Below are positions 10,230-18,738 of a DNA stretch of 64,000 nucleotides, piece by piece. Position 1 is the stretch's first letter. Each line of letters opens with the position of its first letter. The position numbers were made by a program, and so were the translations under genes. The DNA is from an uncultured Desulfurococcales archaeon (GTDB lineage: Archaea; Thermoproteota; Thermoprotei_A; CAZTBM01; SZUA-1508). Below the pieces are notes generated by a model. It saw nothing but the letters and a program-made list of their open reading frames with translations, was not told the origin of the DNA and searched no databases. Location: assembly GCA_964611985.1 (NCBI GenBank), contig CAZTBM010000006.1, positions 470 through 64,469 on the forward strand, read 5' to 3'.

Positions 10230-10298
10230 AATATCAGCGTAACTTTGAGCTATCATCCCTTTATATTGGTCAATCTTGCCGGGTAATCATCATATACT
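10230..10298 (-). ncRNA. Candidate C/D-box sRNA (weak)
   Basis: On the minus strand: ATGATGA (10293-10287), 12-13 nt, (A)TTGA, a roughly 11-nt linker, degenerate C' ATGATAG, 12 nt, CTGA (10237-10234). Confidence 0.35.
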
Positions 10299-10418
10299 CT
10301 ATTCTAGATTTCATCCTCTAATATTATGAATTTATCTCTCACACTCAAGTATTTAATGGTAAAAGCACTCTGCTTTATAAGTTACTCTGACGATAAATAC
10401 TATAGTAGGGGATAATGT

Positions 10419-12239
10419 ATGGAAACTAGAACTAGAGATGTAGAATTTAACGTGGTAGCCAACGTATTTGAGAAGCTTGAAGCAACAACTAAGAGAACAG
10501 ACATGGTAATGTATCTTATAGAGCTATTTAAGAAGACTCCACCAGACGTCGTTGATAAAGTCATATACCTCATGATGGGCAAATTATATCCCGATTGGAT
10601 GGGTATGCCAGAGCTAGGTATTGGTGAAAGACTTCTCATAAGGGCAATATCAATTGCTACAGGATTCTCAGAAAAAGTTGTTGAACAAGAGTTTAAACGT
10701 GTAGGAGACTTAGGTAAAGCAGTAGAGAATTTAAAGATGAAGAAAAGGCAAGCTTCACTTATATCATTCTTCGGTGCAGCTGTAGAAACAAAACTTACAG
10801 TCTCAAGAGTATATGAAACATTAGACAAGATAGCTAAAGCCCAAGGCCCAGGCTCTCAAGATCTTAAAGTTAAACTACTTAGTGGGCTTCTTCATGATGC
10901 TTCGCCCAAGGAGGCAAAGTATATTGTAAGAATAGTTGAAGGCAGACTTAGGCTTGGAGTAGCTGATGCAACAATAATGGACGCTCTTGCAATATATTAT
11001 GGTAAGGCTAAAGAGACTAGACAGATAATTGAGAAAGCATACAATATAACTTCTGACTTGGGTTATGTAGCTAAAATTCTAGCAAGTGAGGGATTAGAAG
11101 CATTAAAGAGAATGAGGGTTCAGGTGGGTAGACCTATAAGACCTATGCTCGCTGAGAGACTAAGCTCTCCACAAGAGATCCTTATGAAGACTGGTGGCAA
11201 AGCATTAGTTGAATGTAAATATGATGGTGAACGAGCACAAATACATAAACGTGGTGATGAAATATTAATATTCTCCCGAAGATTAGAGAATATAACTAGA
11301 CAATACCCTGATGTACAGGAATATGCTAGAAAGTGCATCAAGGCAAAAGAGGCTATTGTGGAAGGCGAAATAGTAGCTATCGACCCTGAGACAGGGGAGT
11401 TCAGACCATTCCAAGAACTAATGCATAGGAAGAGAAAGCATGATATCCATGTAGCAGTAAAAGAATACCCCGTAGCAGTTCTGCTGTTTGACCTACTATA
11501 TTGTGATGGCGAAGAATTCCTTGATAAACCTATGCTAGAAAGACATGAAAAGCTAAAAGAGATCATTGAGGAAACAGAGAACTTTAAACTAGCTGAGCAT
11601 GTTATCACAGACAAACCTGAGGAACTAGAGGAATTCTTCTTATCATGTGTAGAACAGGGATGTGAGGGTGTTGTGGCAAAAGCTCTTCACAGTAATGCAA
11701 TATACCAGGCAGGAGCGAGGGGATGGCTATGGATAAAGTATAAACGTGATTATAAGAGTGAAATGATGGATACAGTAGACCTAGTCGTAGTTGGAGCATT
11801 TTATGGTAAAGGTAGAAGAGCGGGTACCTATGGAGCCTTACTAGCAGCAGCTTATGACCCTGAAACCGATATGTTCAAAACGGTATGTAAGGTTGGTAGC
11901 GGTTTCACAGACGAAGAACTAGCCAAAATGCCAGAAAAGTTCAAAGACCTAATTATAGAACATAAGCATCCACGAGTCGACTCAAAAATGAAAGCTGATG
12001 TATGGTTTGTTCCAGAGGTAGTCATGGAGGTTATTGGAGCTGAGATAACATTATCTCCATTGCATACTTGTGGTTGGGGCAAATTGAAACCAAACGCTGG
12101 TTTAGCAATTAGATTCCCAAGATTTATCAGATGGAGGCCTGACAAAAGACCTGAGGATGCGACTACAGTTAAAGAGATTATAGAAATGTATCGTAAGCAA
12201 TTAAGAAAGGTAAGTGAAGCACCTAAAGTAGCACCTTAG
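10419..12239 (+). CDS. lig: ATP-dependent DNA ligase
   Basis: 606 aa. Adenylation motif ECKYDGERAQ, EGVVAK, and WLWIKYKRDY (motif V). Confidence 0.95.
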   Translation: METRTRDVEFNVVANVFEKLEATTKRTDMVMYLIELFKKTPPDVVDKVIYLMMGKLYPDWMGMPELGIGERLLIRAISIATGFSEKVVEQEFKRVGDLGKAVENLKMKKRQASLISFFGAAVETKLTVSRVYETLDKIAKAQGPGSQDLKVKLLSGLLHDASPKEAKYIVRIVEGRLRLGVADATIMDALAIYYGKAKETRQIIEKAYNITSDLGYVAKILASEGLEALKRMRVQVGRPIRPMLAERLSSPQEILMKTGGKALVECKYDGERAQIHKRGDEILIFSRRLENITRQYPDVQEYARKCIKAKEAIVEGEIVAIDPETGEFRPFQELMHRKRKHDIHVAVKEYPVAVLLFDLLYCDGEEFLDKPMLERHEKLKEIIEETENFKLAEHVITDKPEELEEFFLSCVEQGCEGVVAKALHSNAIYQAGARGWLWIKYKRDYKSEMMDTVDLVVVGAFYGKGRRAGTYGALLAAAYDPETDMFKTVCKVGSGFTDEELAKMPEKFKDLIIEHKHPRVDSKMKADVWFVPEVVMEVIGAEITLSPLHTCGWGKLKPNAGLAIRFPRFIRWRPDKRPEDATTVKEIIEMYRKQLRKVSEAPKVAP

Positions 12240-12498
12240 CTAAATCACCAATAGCCTGTCCTGGCAAGTTGGGTTTAAATGTCGCTATAAGAACACCATT
12301 TATACCTTTACCATGTACATCTAGTATTTTTCCACGATAGACATTGCCATATTTATCTTTATAAATTACCTTCTTGCCTATCAAGCCAGATAAAACCACA
12401 TTACTCATAACCTTAAGTAATACTTGATTAGGATACTGTGTATTACTTCCCCTACGATACCCTAAAATCACGACGTCTATGTTTTTATTATCCTTCAT
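12223..12498 (-). CDS. rpl35ae: Ribosomal protein eL33 (L35Ae)
   Basis: 91 aa. GYRRGSNTQYPNQVLLKV...GKKV...GKILDVHGKGINGVLIATF matches the L35Ae pattern. The 3' end overlaps lig by 17 nt (convergent). Confidence 0.8.
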   Translation of the reverse strand: MKDNKNIDVVILGYRRGSNTQYPNQVLLKVMSNVVLSGLIGKKVIYKDKYGNVYRGKILDVHGKGINGVLIATFKPNLPGQAIGDLAKVLL

Positions 12499-12581
12499 CG
12501 ACCTTCACCAATATCACACTATAAATATATAGCGTTTAAAAGTTTACTATAGAAATGTTAATGTACTACAAGGTGGCTAAA

Positions 12582-13332
12582 ATGTACATCATATTTGTTG
12601 GTACTGCCGGTTGCGGTAAAACTACATTAACAAAGAGTTATAGTGGATGGCTAAAAAGAAATGAATTCAAAGTAGCTATAGTTAATTTAGATCCTGGAGT
12701 TCGTAAACTCCCTTACAAGCCTGATTTTGATATTAGAAGTATATTTACATTAGAGGAGCTAATGATAAAGTACAACTTAGGCCCCAATGGTGTATTCATA
12801 AAGTCAAGTGAGCTTCTATTGGAAAACATTAATCTCATATTGTCCTCTAGACCTTTCCGAGACAAGTTTTTGACTATGTGCTAATAGATACCCCTGGCCA
12901 GATGGAGATGTTTGTATTCAGGGTTATAGGTCAAAGATTTGTAAAACAATTTAAAGACTTAGGCAATGTGGTTATAGTCTACATAGTTGATGATAAAATC
13001 GTTCCCTCAGTAAGCGATCTTATTACATTATGGCCTATGTCAATAATTATTCAATCTAAGTTCGATGTTCCAGTAGTTCCAGATATAAACAAAGCAGATA
13101 AAATAAGTAACTCCACATTACTAGAGATTATGAGTCAAAGATCTCTCACGATTGAAAAGAATTGTAAATATATTAGAGAGAGGGCTCTTAGCAGTTGTAG
13201 CTAGTGACATAGTATCAGTCATAGAGAAGGCTTCACAATCTATAAGATTAGTTAAAGTTATAGCATTAAGGTCTAGAGGACTTGCATGCTTTACTCTATG
13301 AAGTATTCTGTACATGCGGAGATCTTACATAG
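12582..13332 (+). pseudogene. GPN-loop GTPase disrupted by three frameshifts
   Basis: P-loop GTAGCGKTT and GPNG are in frame 0. DYVLIDTPGQME is in frame 2, after a T5 run at 12867-12871. GLLAVVASD...VIALRSR is back in frame 0. GLEDLHALLYEVFCTCGDLT-stop is in frame 1 and ends at 13332. Confidence 0.8.
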
Positions 13333-13944
13333 TATCAAAATAAATAATATATGGTTCTTTGAATAACTCAGATATAACCACATGTTCTAAGTCAATATGT
13401 TCATTTAAGTATTCATATATATGCAATAATCGCCTTCTACGGACTATCATTATCAGTTTATTATTAGAAAGGGATACAAGCTCATAGTAACTTCTAAAGC
13501 TCTTAGTGAACTCTAGTAAGTAGTCCTGATCACCGTTGAAATTAGTATATAATAAAAGGTATGAGTCCATGCTATTCAATATTAAGCCCCTATCATTAAA
13601 TAACAGGGCTCCTTTTATTCTATAAAGCCCTATATCATCTTTGCTAAGATCTCTATCTACTGTTATGTTTAGATTTCTTAGAATATTAAAGCCATATAAT
13701 AAGGCTTCAACAGTAAGGCCTATGGTATATGGCAGTTCACAATATACTATTAAGTCGTCACATTTTATGTAGTTCTCTCCCTTTCTGATCCTCTTAATTA
13801 ACTCTTCACTTGAAAGGATATGGTCAACCCTACTGTTTACCGTTATTACTAATCCTTTGGTGACTCTTATGCCAACAGCTTCCTTGTATTCATGTTTCCC
13901 GTAGGTTCTTTTTTCTTTACCTAAAGGTATGATCAGGGGGACAT
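13325..13944 (-). CDS. Hypothetical protein; the annotated ORF is 5'-truncated and the start is out of frame
   Basis: The reading frame is open from about 14010 down to 13325, but it has no ATG/GTG/TTG upstream of the TTG at 13579. The ATG at 13944-13942 is one C short of being in frame, across a C5 run (13936-13940, G5 on the plus strand). Confidence 0.5.
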
Positions 13945-13950
13945 AAACTA

Positions 13951-14619
13951 TTATTCTCTTCTTTGTTTTTCTAATAATTCCTTCATTAGGTCTCGTTGTA
14001 TAATCCTCCCCCTAGGTTCCTCTTCAGCAAATATTAGTGCCTGGAATTTGTATATCTTGGTACCCTCTAAAAGCCACGCGTCTGGAGGGAGACCTGCTTT
14101 CATGCATGCCTCCGCAAGGAAAGTCTCAGCATCCCATCCATACTCTACAGGAACTTGTGGTAATAGTAATCCCTTAAAGAATCCTCTCTCAATTATTAAG
14201 CCATCACGGCCGATGACAATTTCTTTGATTATATCTTTTGGCTTCTTAGCAGTTATTAATTCTGGTTTGGAGAGTATTGAAACCTCTATGATAGCAGAAT
14301 CCGTTTCCTCATATTTCATAGGTCTAAATCTAGGATCCTCAACTGCCGCGGCTATAGCTACTTCTATTGTAGCCTCGATTAAGGGTTTTACAGGTTCAGG
14401 GTATCCTATGCAACCTCTTAACTCTTTGAAAGTTCTACCCTTTATCTTATATACTTTCTCTATGGTTACAAAAACTCCAAAAGGTTCATACAGTATTTTA
14501 GGTGCATCAGTTGGTGCAGGGATAGTAGTTCCATTCCTAAGATAATTCTCTATGGCTCTTCTTGCTAGTTTCACCAAGTAGACTCCTTCATTAAAGGTTA
14601 TGTCCTCCAGCGACGGCAT
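13951..14619 (-). CDS. AMMECR1 domain protein
   Basis: 222 aa. The signature LRGCIGYPEP and overall length are typical of AMMECR1. Confidence 0.9.
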   Translation of the reverse strand: MPSLEDITFNEGVYLVKLARRAIENYLRNGTTIPAPTDAPKILYEPFGVFVTIEKVYKIKGRTFKELRGCIGYPEPVKPLIEATIEVAIAAAVEDPRFRPMKYEETDSAIIEVSILSKPELITAKKPKDIIKEIVIGRDGLIIERGFFKGLLLPQVPVEYGWDAETFLAEACMKAGLPPDAWLLEGTKIYKFQALIFAEEEPRGRIIQRDLMKELLEKQRRE

Positions 14620-14622
14620 GGT

Positions 14623-15147
14623 CTAGTTCTCCTTTCTATTTGTGCCTACTTTTACTCTCTTTTTAACCTCTAAAAGTATTTTCTCCATGGTTATCCAGTG
14701 TGTACCCTTCCAGTATACTTTCCCACATTTTGTGCATAACCAAAATTTACTATACCTTTCCATAATTATTTCATTTACCTTGTTCTTTACCTCCCATGGT
14801 TCTACTGGTTTAAGGATACCATTACATAAAGGGCAGCGTGACCTATTAGGATCTATGTCTAAACTTATAGGGTAATATCTTCGTATTATTGTTAATCTAG
14901 AGATTATGTCATCCGCTTTACCTAGATAGACCACTCTCAGGCCCTTACGTTTAGCCTTAATGGCAAGACTTTTATCTCTCGTTATTAATACTCGATTATC
15001 CTTTATAGCTATAGAAATTAGTGTTTCATCATCTACATCTCTATAGTATAGTGTGTCGTATCCTAACATTCTTAGCCATCTTGCGACATCACCTAACATA
15101 GAGTCAACTATAAACTTTAAGCGGGATTCGGTCATGACAATCATCAA
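14623..15147 (-). CDS. Mut7-C (PIN-like) RNase domain protein with C-terminal zinc ribbon
   Basis: 174 aa. FIVDSMLGDVARWLRMLGYDT, then CPLCNG...CTKCGKVYW. Confidence 0.8.
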   Translation of the reverse strand: MMIVMTESRLKFIVDSMLGDVARWLRMLGYDTLYYRDVDDETLISIAIKDNRVLITRDKSLAIKAKRKGLRVVYLGKADDIISRLTIIRRYYPISLDIDPNRSRCPLCNGILKPVEPWEVKNKVNEIIMERYSKFWLCTKCGKVYWKGTHWITMEKILLEVKKRVKVGTNRKEN

Positions 15148-15202
15148 GTGGTATAATTTACATATTGTAATTTATGTTTGGAGAAAGAGATTTTAGATTA
15201 GC

Positions 15203-16015
15203 TTATATTTTAAACTCTGAGGCTACATACCTTGTTATATCTGTTAAAGTAATAACCCCAGTGATTATGTCTTCATCATTTATCACGATTACGCCTTTCA
15301 CGTTCTTATCTAGTATCATCTTCGTAGTTTCATATAATGGTGTCTCTAAATGTACCTTTATAGGTCTTCTCATAACATCGTCTACTAGTAAATGCATGAT
15401 TCGTTCTTTCCTATATTTAGCAGGCACAATATCATGGAATGCTGCTAATGCGTTAGCGACTTCATCCACCGTTATTAATCCTACAGGTCTCCCATTCTCT
15501 ACTACTGGCAATATCGATATATTGTTCGAAATCACTATTTGCCTTGCATGTATTATTCTATCCCCAAGCTTTAACGTTATAGGGTTATAGCTCATAAGTA
15601 GTCTTGTAGGTACACTTATGCTTTTGTCAAGACATACTTTTGCAACCTCACGTTTAGTGAGGAGGCCTATTACTTTATCCTTGCTTATCACAGGTAAACT
15701 GCTGATTCTTTTATCGAGCATGATTCTAGTTGCCTTAATTAGTGTTACCTCTGGCTCAATAGTCAAGGGATTGCTGGTCATGACACTTGATACATAGAGG
15801 CGGGAAGGTGTAATACTTCTTGTCCTTAAAGTACCTAACCTTATCACGACATCCTTTTTAGTTAAAATTCCAACTAACTTCTTCTTCTCAAAGGCTAAGA
15901 CTCTATCCATATCGTACTTTTCCATAATTTTTAATGCATGCTGCAATGTGTCGTCCTTATCAATTTTTGGATAATCCTCTATCATGAGTTCTTTCACTAA
16001 TGGTATTAAGGTCAT
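15203..16015 (-). CDS. CBS-domain protein (about 4 CBS repeats)
   Basis: 270 aa made of repeated CBS motifs (hydrophobic-GIhT..Dhh). No other domain. Confidence 0.85.
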   Translation of the reverse strand: MTLIPLVKELMIEDYPKIDKDDTLQHALKIMEKYDMDRVLAFEKKKLVGILTKKDVVIRLGTLRTRSITPSRLYVSSVMTSNPLTIEPEVTLIKATRIMLDKRISSLPVISKDKVIGLLTKREVAKVCLDKSISVPTRLLMSYNPITLKLGDRIIHARQIVISNNISILPVVENGRPVGLITVDEVANALAAFHDIVPAKYRKERIMHLLVDDVMRRPIKVHLETPLYETTKMILDKNVKGVIVINDEDIITGVITLTDITRYVASEFKI

Positions 16016-16036
16016 AGATTCCCCCCGGTTTAGACT

Positions 16037-16882
16037 TTATACCTTTAAGAGAGCTTTTACTATCTCTGTTTTTGATACAGCACCTACGAAAAAGCCTTCG
16101 TTATCGACTACTGGGACTATGCTTATATTATTTTCTATCATTAATGAAGCTACATCACTTAAGTCCATATCCTCTCTAGCAATAATAACGTTCTGGCTCA
16201 TTAAGTCTTGGGCTAGAGGTACGACATAATCTCTGACTACAGCCAATGTGCCTCTAGGTGAGATACCTATTCTTTTCTTGTACTTGCTGCCTTTATCTCT
16301 TATATTGAAGTCTTCGAGAGTAAAAGCAACATCCTTCTCTGTTATTACCCCAATGGGCCTATTATTATCTACAACTATCACCTTACCCAAGTCGCTTTGG
16401 GAGATTAATGAAACCACATAATATAATGTGTGTAAAGGATTTACTATAGGAATATCTCTTCTTAAAGCCTCTGACACTTTCATTAAACCTTTGTATCTTT
16501 CAGCATAGGCTTTTGTAAGGTCAGTTTTAGTTATTATCCCCTCTAGAACTCCATCAGCATCAACTACTGGTAAACCGCTAACATTATGTTTAATCATTAG
16601 CTTAGCGGCGTACTTTATACTCCTATTAGATTTAACTGTAATGACACCTTTTGAAATAACATCTTTAACAAGGATCGTATCTAAAGGCTTAGTGTATTGT
16701 TTCAAAGCTTCCTTAATTAAATCTTTCCTTGTAATAACTCCAATGGGTCTATTCATGTTATCTACTATAACTATTCTGCCGATCCCATGTCTTATCATTA
16801 GATTACGTATGTATGCTAATGTGTCTTCAGCCTTCGCTACAATAACTGGAGAGGTCATATAAGAAGAAATTCTAGGTGGCAT
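16037..16882 (-). CDS. CBS-domain protein (about 4 CBS repeats)
   Basis: 281 aa. GVITRKDLIK, GIITKTDLTK, GVITEKDVAF and GAVSKTEIVK repeats. Confidence 0.85.
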   Translation of the reverse strand: MPPRISSYMTSPVIVAKAEDTLAYIRNLMIRHGIGRIVIVDNMNRPIGVITRKDLIKEALKQYTKPLDTILVKDVISKGVITVKSNRSIKYAAKLMIKHNVSGLPVVDADGVLEGIITKTDLTKAYAERYKGLMKVSEALRRDIPIVNPLHTLYYVVSLISQSDLGKVIVVDNNRPIGVITEKDVAFTLEDFNIRDKGSKYKKRIGISPRGTLAVVRDYVVPLAQDLMSQNVIIAREDMDLSDVASLMIENNISIVPVVDNEGFFVGAVSKTEIVKALLKV

Positions 16883-16898
16883 ACTTTACATCCTACCT

Positions 16899-17858
16899 TT
16901 ACCTTTTTATACTGAGTGCTAAGAGTATATCACGTTCGGTTATAATCCCCTTGAGAAGATTATCCTCTACAACTAAGAGTGCACCCACATTTTCATTTAT
17001 CATTTTCGTGGCGGCATCACCTATGTCAGCATCTGGCTCAATAGTTATTACACGTGAAGTCATGATAGTTTTTATCTTTACATTGAGTATATCATTCATT
17101 AATCCTGATGGAGCATATTCTAGAATTTTACCTGTAATAAAGTTTTTGACTATGTCCATTGTAGTGACTATACCTTCAACATACTGTTGCCTTACTACAG
17201 GTAATCTTCGGAAACCGTACTTAATCATAAGCTTAGCTGTGTAACCTAATGTAGCATCAATGTTAACCGATACGACATTAGTGCTCATAATGTCTGATAC
17301 TTTTACCCCTATATGTTTCTCCATTAGATAGTTTACTATATCTCGCTCTGTAATCATACCGTATAGTTTATTGTCCTTTGTAAGTATAGGTAAAGCTCCA
17401 ATATCATATTTTAGCATTCTTTCAAGAGCGTCTGTGATTTTTTCATCAACATAAGCATAAATGACGTCACGTGTCATAATAGTTGATGTGGGCTCATTTA
17501 TTGCTGAGAGAAAGTTCCTCCCATGCTTATTTATTAGTATGTTATAGTATTCGCCGCCACCAAAATAGTTTACTATGTCAGTTGCAACTACTATTCCAAC
17601 AAGCGACATATCTGCTGTTACTATAGGTACTCTTCTACGACCTGTTGAAACCATGATCTTCATAGTGTCACTTAACGGTGTAGTTGGTGTAGAAGTCACC
17701 ACTGGTCGTTTAGCTAGTAACATTAAATCTCCAGGCTTTTCATGGACTCTTGTTGTGAACTCAGGCTTACCATCACTCCTAATATATCTTATTCCTTCAG
17801 CTCTTCTTGGAGGTATAGGAGGCCTTCTAAAACCCATAATTGAAACCACCCAATCCAA
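16899..17858 (-). CDS. CBS-domain protein with a roughly 55-aa Pro/Arg-rich N-terminal extension
   Basis: 319 aa. GIVVATDIVN, GMITERDIVN, GIVTTMDIVK and GIITERDILL repeats. Confidence 0.85.
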   Translation of the reverse strand: MDWVVSIMGFRRPPIPPRRAEGIRYIRSDGKPEFTTRVHEKPGDLMLLAKRPVVTSTPTTPLSDTMKIMVSTGRRRVPIVTADMSLVGIVVATDIVNYFGGGEYYNILINKHGRNFLSAINEPTSTIMTRDVIYAYVDEKITDALERMLKYDIGALPILTKDNKLYGMITERDIVNYLMEKHIGVKVSDIMSTNVVSVNIDATLGYTAKLMIKYGFRRLPVVRQQYVEGIVTTMDIVKNFITGKILEYAPSGLMNDILNVKIKTIMTSRVITIEPDADIGDAATKMINENVGALLVVEDNLLKGIITERDILLALSIKR

Positions 17859-17859
17859 C

Positions 17860-18639
17860 TTAAATACGGGATAAAATAGCCTTGACTATATCTTCTCTAT
17901 CTATGATTCCTTTTAACTTCCCCTTATTCTCGACGACTATTATTCTTCCAATATTTCTCTTAAGCATCTCATTAGCTACTTTTTCCAATTTTTCGTCCTC
18001 ATAGACAGTGAATGCGGGTGTGGTCATAATCTCTTTTATCTTTACTTGTCTTGGTCCACTATCGGACTCGAATTCTATGCGTGAAATTCCACGAGCTAAT
18101 AGGTCATGCTGAGTTACTATGCCTACTACCTTTCCAGAATCGTTTACTACAGGGAAACCAGCATACCTATACTTAATCATCTTTCTCCATAAACTTGCAA
18201 CACTATCATCAAGTTTACAAGAGATAACATTAGTCGTCATGTAACCCTTAACCTGTAAATCTCTTAACTTATCCTTGAATAATTCTATGAAGTTCTCTAA
18301 GCCATAAACTCCTAAGTAAGTCTTTACAGTGGTTGATGAAACCACTGGAGCATACCATTCATCAAGTTTAATCATACTCTTAGTTGTCGCAATTACATCA
18401 TCCTCAGGGGTAACTATTATTGATGGTTCAATCATGACATCATTAACTAGCATGTTGGATTTAGTCGATGTAACACTAAGAATATGCACTCGCGAGATAA
18501 CCCCTAATAGCTTACGTGAATCATCAATTACTGGTAGTATTCTTACACCTTCACTACGCATAATTGATCTCGCTTTAGTTACAAGGTCTTTTGGATCAAT
18601 TGCTGGATGATTTTTAGAATAGATTCCGCTAATTTTCAA
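17860..18639 (-). CDS. CBS-domain protein (about 4 CBS repeats)
   Basis: 259 aa. GVISRVHIL, GIVTQHDLL and GIIDREDIVK repeats. Its stop lies 1 nt from the next gene's start. Confidence 0.85.
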   Translation of the reverse strand: MKISGIYSKNHPAIDPKDLVTKARSIMRSEGVRILPVIDDSRKLLGVISRVHILSVTSTKSNMLVNDVMIEPSIIVTPEDDVIATTKSMIKLDEWYAPVVSSTTVKTYLGVYGLENFIELFKDKLRDLQVKGYMTTNVISCKLDDSVASLWRKMIKYRYAGFPVVNDSGKVVGIVTQHDLLARGISRIEFESDSGPRQVKIKEIMTTPAFTVYEDEKLEKVANEMLKRNIGRIIVVENKGKLKGIIDREDIVKAILSRI

Positions 18640-18738
18640 AAATGGATAACCCCTCTCACTATAGAGTATTATAGAAAGGCAGTATTAAGTGCTACCTAAA
18701 ATGTATTCAAGCAGAAAGGTAATAATCTAAGTTCTACA

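Noticed and set aside
10400-12145. Several 64-164-aa ORFs antisense to the DNA ligase gene (10400-10828, 11120-11614, 11605-11799, 11852-12145).
   Set aside because: The ligase frame is continuous and motif-rich. The antisense translations are Ser/Leu-rich with no recognisable motifs.
14048-15590. ORFs of 165 aa and 138 aa antisense to the AMMECR1 and CBS genes.
   Set aside because: The opposite strand has strong family signatures. These are typical antisense shadows.
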